Part shown: piece by piece, positions 24,458 through 29,757 of the stretch
How the letters are laid out: each line of letters begins with the position of its first letter
Position numbering within the stretch: the stretch's first letter is position 1
From: Ascoidea asiatica JCM 7603
Taxonomy: Eukaryota > Fungi > Ascomycota
DNA: 29,757 nt
NCBI GenBank assembly: GCA_001600695.1
Contig: BCKQ01000011.1
Coordinates: 240,961 to 270,717, forward strand
Direction of reading: 5' to 3'
The notes under the pieces: generated by a model
Told to the model about the DNA's origin: nothing
What the model saw: only the letters and a program-made list of their open reading frames with translations
The model's database searches: none
Program-made: the position numbers and the translations under genes

Positions 24458-24850
24458 ATGAGTAGTGGAGATAATATAATTGAAGAAACTATTAAAGAAA
24501 TTAAAGAACTTAAATATAAGTATCAAATTGAAGATATTAATAAACCAGATCCAAATATTGAAAGAGATATTAAAAAAGTTAATTATGAAGAAATTAAAGA
24601 TAATAAAAAAAATTTTAAATTTTATCCAGATAATCCAACAGATGAAATACATAAATTAAAATTTTTAATTAAAGAACCATCAAAATTTTATGATCCATGT
24701 CAAGAATCAAGTAAAATGTCATTTCGTTGTCTTGAATTAAATCAAGATGATAAAGATAAATGTTCAGAATATTTTGAAGCATATAGAGAATGTAAAAAAG
24801 AATGGTTAAGACAAAGAAGATTAGATAGATCAAATGGTTATAATTGGTGA
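24458..24850 (+). CDS. COX23: Cytochrome c oxidase assembly protein, twin CX9C
   Basis: FYPDNP...KEPSKFYDPCQESSKMSFRCLE...CSEYFEAYRECKKEW, with two CX9C motifs. Confidence 0.92.
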   Translation: MSSGDNIIEETIKEIKELKYKYQIEDINKPDPNIERDIKKVNYEEIKDNKKNFKFYPDNPTDEIHKLKFLIKEPSKFYDPCQESSKMSFRCLELNQDDKDKCSEYFEAYRECKKEWLRQRRLDRSNGYNW

Positions 24851-25126
24851 TATGATAGTTAATTGGAATGTTTATATTTATATTATATTTTTTTTTTATT
24901 TTATTTTATCTTGAAATGTACATAGTTAATAAGCAAGTAAACAATTAAGTAAATTAATGGTTAATAAAAGTATGGGCGGCTATTAAAAACTTAAGAAATA
25001 TGAAATAAGAAAAGAATTAACAAATCTTTAATATAGATATAGTATTGATTTCATATAATAAGTAATTATATTATATAATTATATTATTTAATTATAAAAT
25101 ATGTGGATATAGTAAATTAATTTAAT

Positions 25127-25565
25127 TTAATTTATTTTTAATAATTCAACTTCAAATATTAAAGTAGCATTTGGTGGAATTAAACCTGGAAAACCATTAT
25201 CACCATAAGCTAAATAACCTGGAATTGTTAATTTTGCTTTTTCACCTAAAGATAATTGTGGTATACCTTGATCCCAACCTTTAATAACTTGACCAACACC
25301 AATAACACATTGAAATGGTTTACCTCTATCTCTTGAAGAATCAAATTTTTTTCCACTTTCTAAAGTACCATCATAATGAATAGTTACAGTTGAACCAATT
25401 GATGGAAAAGTTTTACCATCACCTTTAAAAATTAATAAATTAATAAATTAAAGTTATTTGAATGTTAGTTAAAAGACATTTTCGATAAGATTTAAGATTA
25501 AGAATATAAATATATGAAACAAATTACATACCTGGAGAAATTCTTTCGATTTTAAGATCAGACAT
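25127..25565 (-). CDS. FPR1: FKBP12 peptidyl-prolyl isomerase; complement(join(25127..25422,25532..25565)), 109 aa; absent from the ORF track
   Basis: Hand translation after splicing gives [109 protein letters not shown]. Confidence 0.96.
25423..25531 (-). other. Spliceosomal intron of FPR1 (109 nt, phase 1, AAG acceptor)
   Basis: On the minus strand: GTATGT donor at 25531, AACTAAC branch site at 25470-25464, and first downstream AG is AAG ending at 25423. Splicing restores the G|GT Gly codon. Confidence 0.9.
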
Positions 25566-25986
25566 TGTTTATTGTTTAAAGAAGGAGTAATAATTTGGAT
25601 AATTGATTATAAATGATGAAATTGTTTATAAAGAGAAACAATTGAGAAGAATAAGAAGAATAAAGGAATCTAAAGAATATCAATTCAAAAAGGCAAATAA
25701 ATAACTAAATCTGAAGAACAAGAAAACCAAACGACAATCAATCACTAGCACAAACAGTGACAGTAACTGAATCACATCCAGCACCACCACCACCACCAAC
25801 GACCAGCAACGTTTGATATTTTCCTCGAGGATCGCTTCCATCGCTTTTACTGCTTCGACCCCATCGATTGGCCTGCAAGTGTGGCGTACCTGCAGCCATT
25901 CAGTGGCGCTGCTTTTTTTGAGAGTTGTCTAGGCCGGTGTGGCAACCTCTGCATTTTAGACCCATCTGGCTGGCTCTACTTGCTTT

Positions 25987-26001
25987 CTTCTAGAACCTTC
26001 C
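25987..26001. promoter_or_regulatory. Perfect three-unit heat shock element
   Basis: cTTCtaGAAccTTCc matches nTTCnnGAAnnTTCn. It lies in the GC-rich island between FPR1 and the retroelement. Confidence 0.6.
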
Positions 26002-26150
26002 AAGCCACCTCCAGCTCTTCCGCACTGTTTCCTCGTTTCCGAACTCTTCCTTGTATGGCAAACACTTACTTCCCAATATTTCCATCCGTGCTGGTTTCCG
26101 CTGAACTTTTCCGTTAATGTTCTCGTCCGCTGCCTGTTTTCGGTGCTTAT

Positions 26151-26791
26151 TGTTAATTATTTTATTCTTTTATTGGAATTGTCTTCGAATATTCTAGGCT
26201 GTTCTTAGACTTTCTCAGATTGCATAGATTGATCTACGACTACATTCTATTGCGTTCTCAGAACTTCCGTGTGCATGATAAATGTACTAGAACGTTCCGC
26301 GTCTGCAATATTTATTCTCTATTCGAAGTTCTGTGTGCATCTCAAATGTACTGGAATCTTCGTGGTTGTTCTTAGAATGACGTAGTGTCTTCTAGAACAA
26401 TACTTTATTTTATTTTTTTTCTTAAGTAGGGGAAGTAAACTTTCACATTACAAATTTATTCTTAAGATGGGTTACCCGCTCCTATTTTCCATTAATATAA
26501 ATAGGGCACTTACCTCCCATATTTTTTGTATAATTTTTATATATTTTGTATTTTATTTAACAATTGTTTCAAATTTGAATCGGATATCTTTTTAGTAATA
26601 ATTAGATGTTTTGCTCGAGCTACAATCAAATTTATTACTAAATTTGGATAATCAATTCCTTATTAAAGATAAGTAAAATTTTATTTTTTCATTGTTGTCT
26701 ATTTTTCAAAGTAAGTCTGAGCACAATTTTAAGTCTGTTGTTATTACGCTAACAGGAGAGAGATCTCGAGCAAGTGCTTAATCCTCTGACA
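26151..26791 (+). repeat. Putative 5' LTR; end is either 26562 (…TATTTAACA) or 26791 (…CTCTGACA)
   Basis: TGTTAATTA at 26151 is an 8/9 inverted match to TATTTAACA ending at 26562. The region holds an internal direct repeat, HSE-like motifs, TTACCCG (26472-26478) and TATAAATA (26496-26503). The second LTR is outside the window, so boundaries are unproven. Confidence 0.45.
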
Positions 26792-27305
26792 TCTAATTCC
26801 CTCCTATAATATTTAGGACACATGTGGCCGTTATAGAACATCTTTCTTAGCTTTATGTTGCATAGGGTTAGTAAATAAACAGTAGTAATTTAATCGGAAT
26901 TGAGTTATCTCATGGTTTGAAATCCTAGTCCGCTACTCATTCCATGTTAAAAATTAAAACCAAGTTTGTTTTGTACGGAAGTGTTAAGCCAATAAAAGAA
27001 TTTACTAATCTATTTTCTTTAATATTACTTTCTATTTCAAATTATTTATACTACTAATAATTCAACTAATATTACTTTTCAATTGTTGTTTCTTAATTAC
27101 AATCTTAAATGCAACTTCAAAAAACAGAAAAACAAAAATAAAAAAAAAAAAAAAACCTTTCCAAAACCAAATAATTTTCTTTACGCATAACTAAAAGTAA
27201 TCAACATTATGTTAACTGGAAAGATATAATCATGACTGATACTATTAAATCTTAACCAAAAACTTTAATGACAACACTGCGTTAAATGAAGTTACATTTA
27301 ATAAA

Positions 27306-28700
27306 ATGAATAAACAATTTACATCAGTTAGTGAATCAATTAACAAACTAAGATCTGATGTCAGTGAATAATTTAAAAATTAAAATTCAAATACTCTTAA
27401 ATACAGTAAGCATTTTGATGATTTAAGTTCTACTATTACAAATTAAACATAGGATATAGATTTTATTAAAGATATGCTTAAATCCATTACATCTTCTTTA
27501 TCTAAAACTTCTACAATTAATGAACCTGTTGCTCAAATTAAACAAGAAGATGCTTCTGCTTCAAACACAACTAGTGCTACAGCTAATAAAAATGTTGCTC
27601 CTCATTCGAATGTCAATACTACTGATGCAGCTGATAACACTAGATTTTTTGAAGCTGAAGACAAAATCAAAGAAGAAATTCTTAAATCACCAGCTATACC
27701 AGCTGCTGCTCCAAAAGTTCAAAAGTTTGCACAAGGTTTTCAAGCAGCCAAACAAAATAACCAGAACATATTCACTGAACTGAATGAGGTTAATAACTGG
27801 AGATATGATCTCAATCAAATAAAATCTGCTGATATAAAGATTGAGTCTGCTGCTTGGGAGAATCCGAAGGTTGAAAGTGTTTAACTTTGGCCAGGTATGG
27901 CAATAAACAGAGATACTTCTGGTATTGGTATGGATGGTACTTCAAAAGCACCAATATTAAAACAAAATATAATTATTGAAGGGAGACAAGATAGAAAATT
28001 AATGCTAAAATTACAATCTATTGAAACTTACTTCAAAATGAATAGGTTAAGATATGATTTATGGGGTATAAATCTTTATAACTATATTCCACAATCTATG
28101 AATTTAGAATGGATTAATTTCATTAGAACCATTGCAAGAAATGGTTCAAAAAACCCTTCATGGCCTGCTGCCTGTGCTTTCATTCTCGGAGGTATAGACA
28201 CAGATCAAAATTATAGAGCTTTAATTCAACAATCCAAAGAAATTAAACCCTCTGAAAATGAAAAAGTTGTTGATTATATTACAAGATTTAGAAATTCTTA
28301 TGAAAGTCTTCCTTTAAATGCTGTTTCTAGTACTTTCATGAGATCAACAATTATTTCTCAAATTAAAAATGAATTTCCTCATCAAATTCAATGGGAAACA
28401 AAATTTCCATCCAAAACAACTATTGAATTGTTCAACAAATTACTTAACTTGTTCAGTTCAACAGATGTTTTTCCAGTTGTTTCAAATGAAGTTATTATTG
28501 ACAATGATATTTATAAGTTCAATAATCTTGAATCAATTATTGATTCAAACTCAAAGGAAAACTTCAATGCAATTCGTTCCACAACCAAAACTTGTGATTT
28601 CTGTAATCTCCCAGGACATTTCAGAAATACTTGTTTCTGGTATAGAAAATACAAAAAAATTGATGAAACCGAAGCTGCAAAATTGAAAATCAAAAGGTAA
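27306..28700 (+). pseudogene. Retrotransposon gag, one reading frame interrupted by in-frame stops
   Basis: The ATG at 27306 and the ORFs at 27474-27884 and 27897-28700 share a frame, with stops at 27369, 27381, 27444, 27450 and 27882. It has an MHR-like segment (IKPSENEKVVDYITRFRNSY) and zinc knuckle CDFCNLPGHFRNTC at 28593-28634. Confidence 0.75.
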
Positions 28701-29757
28701 TTCCAATTCTAGATACAAAAACAAATATGACAAGAAGTCTAGTTACAGAATTGCTGAAGAAGAAGTGGAGGAAGACCAATCTGAAAAGTCAGAGCTGGAA
28801 CTGACCTCAGAATCCTTCTCCGACGATGAACATTTTAGATTAATTAACACCAACAACAAAAAGTTTCCTAATAGATATTTCAATTGTTCTGTTAATGATA
28901 AAAAGATGAAAATTCTTTTCGATACTGGTGCTGAATCCAACTATGTTTTTGAATCATCCTTAAAAGGCTTGGAAATCAAAATGCAACAGCGTAAGCCTAC
29001 AACAATCCATGGCTTTACAGGGACAATGATAGTCAAGAATGATGTCATTTTACCACTATTCATTGAAAACTTTGGTTTAATTGACATTAAATGTGCTGTT
29101 TTGCCAGAAAGTTCAACAAAAGCTTTCGATATTACTATTCGAAGTAGATTTCTCTACGACCATAAATTTTGTGCAAAAGGTAGTGATAGATTTTCAATTA
29201 TGCTTTTTAACCAAGATAAAAAGTGTATTTTGAGTCCAGAAAATGATGATGAATTAGAAACATTTTATGTCTCAACATCACAGTCAAATGAGGAACAAGT
29301 GTTTGATCTTAAGAAATACTCTTACTTAAATGATTCAGCTCCAAGATTACCTCCAGAAAGACTGTTTAAACACACTATTGAAACAACTTCTGAAACACCA
29401 ATTTATATTGGAAGTTACAACTATAGTCCTCTTCAACAAAAATTCATTGATGAATTTGTTAAATCAAATGTAGAAGCTGGATTAATTTCTGAAATCAAAA
29501 GTGGTTGGAACTTTCCATTAGTTCTTGTTCCCAAAGATGATAGAACCTATAGAGTTTGCGTTGATTATAGGAAATTAAATGCTATTAGTGTTAGGCATTA
29601 TTTTCCTTTGCCATCTATTGATATTTGCCTAAATAAACTCAATGGTGCTAAATACTTCACTTGTTTGGATATGAAAAATGGCTTTTACCAAATTGCTTTA
29701 GATAATGATAGTAAAGCTAAAACTGCTTTTTCTTCCAATTCAGGTCATTATCAATTC
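28687..29757 (+). CDS. Retrotransposon pol (aspartic protease plus N-terminal part of reverse transcriptase), 3'-partial; absent from the ORF track
   Basis: Open from 28687 to the window end in the +1 frame relative to gag. Contains ILFDTGAESNYV (DTG at 28921-28929), then SGWNFPLVLVPKDDRTYRVCVDYRKLNA...FPLPSID...KYFTCLDMKNGFYQI...KTAFSSNSGHYQF. Confidence 0.93.

Larger units (their letters stand above)
26151..29757 (+). mobile_element. Ty3/gypsy (Metaviridae) LTR retrotransposon, 5' part, probably defective; left boundary approximate and element runs off the window
   Basis: Order is promoter/LTR-like region, leader, gag (CCHC knuckle), protease (LFDTGA), then RT directly after protease, which is the gypsy order. 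Confidence 0.88.

Noticed and set aside
2698-26828. Recurrent TGTGGC (Met31/32-like core) in several intergenic GC islands
   Set aside because: Only a 6-mer, lacking the full AAACTGTGG context, and the neighbouring genes are not sulfur-pathway genes.
26805-26870. Short resemblance (ATTTAGG...TTAGCTTTATGTT) to dicistrovirus IGR-IRES loops
   Set aside because: The other conserved loops and the triple-pseudoknot layout could not be built, so this is probably chance in AT-rich DNA.
26821-26932. TGGCCGTTATAG (26825) and TGGTTTGAAATCC (26913) as tRNA primer-binding sites
   Set aside because: Their complements do not look like acceptor stems of yeast cytosolic tRNAs I recognise. The host tRNA set is needed to exclude them fully.
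26563-26945. Self-cleaving ribozyme in the retroelement leader, including the GGAATTGAGT/ACTCATTCC stem at about 26896-26943
   Set aside because: No hammerhead core (CTGANGA...GAAA) seen on either strand, and no convincing HDV-like or twister fold by eye.
27306-28700. Genome-wide TAA/TAG-to-Gln reassignment as the explanation for gag stops
   Set aside because: Conserved host genes here (TIF1, ADE13, FPR1, IDH1) end at TAA at the expected positions and contain no internal stops.
401-28940. Short ORF-track entries overlapping real genes or lying in promoters (e.g. 401-613, 4075-4287, 4513-4800, 7575-7922, 11684-11998, 14890-15225, 24446-24652, 25881-26117, 28743-28940)
   Set aside because: Antisense or alternate-frame shadows and low-complexity products, often with non-ATG starts and no recognisable motifs.

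Overview
AT-rich budding-yeast (Saccharomycotina-like) chromosomal window. From left to right it holds a 5'-truncated, divergent IDH1, then TIF1/eIF4A, NAF1 with a long Asn-rich tail, ADE13, TAD2, UTP4 and a VPS38/UVRAG-like gene. Next come an intron-containing full-length AMSH-type JAMM deubiquitinase, about 4 kb of non-coding DNA, an RME1-like C2H2 factor, COX23 and an intron-containing FPR1 that the ORF track misses. The window ends inside a Ty3/gypsy LTR retrotransposon (about 26150 to the end). The element is the most unusual part: its LTR-like promoter carries heat-shock-element-like motifs, a Reb1 site and a TATA box. Its leader is densely base-paired and has no recognisable tRNA primer-binding site, which suggests Tf1-like self-priming or a dimerisation switch. 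Its gag frame is broken by clustered TAA/TAG stops, the gag-pol junction is offset by +1, and two CTG codons read best as Ser. Gene calls come from recognising motifs by eye; no database searches were run.
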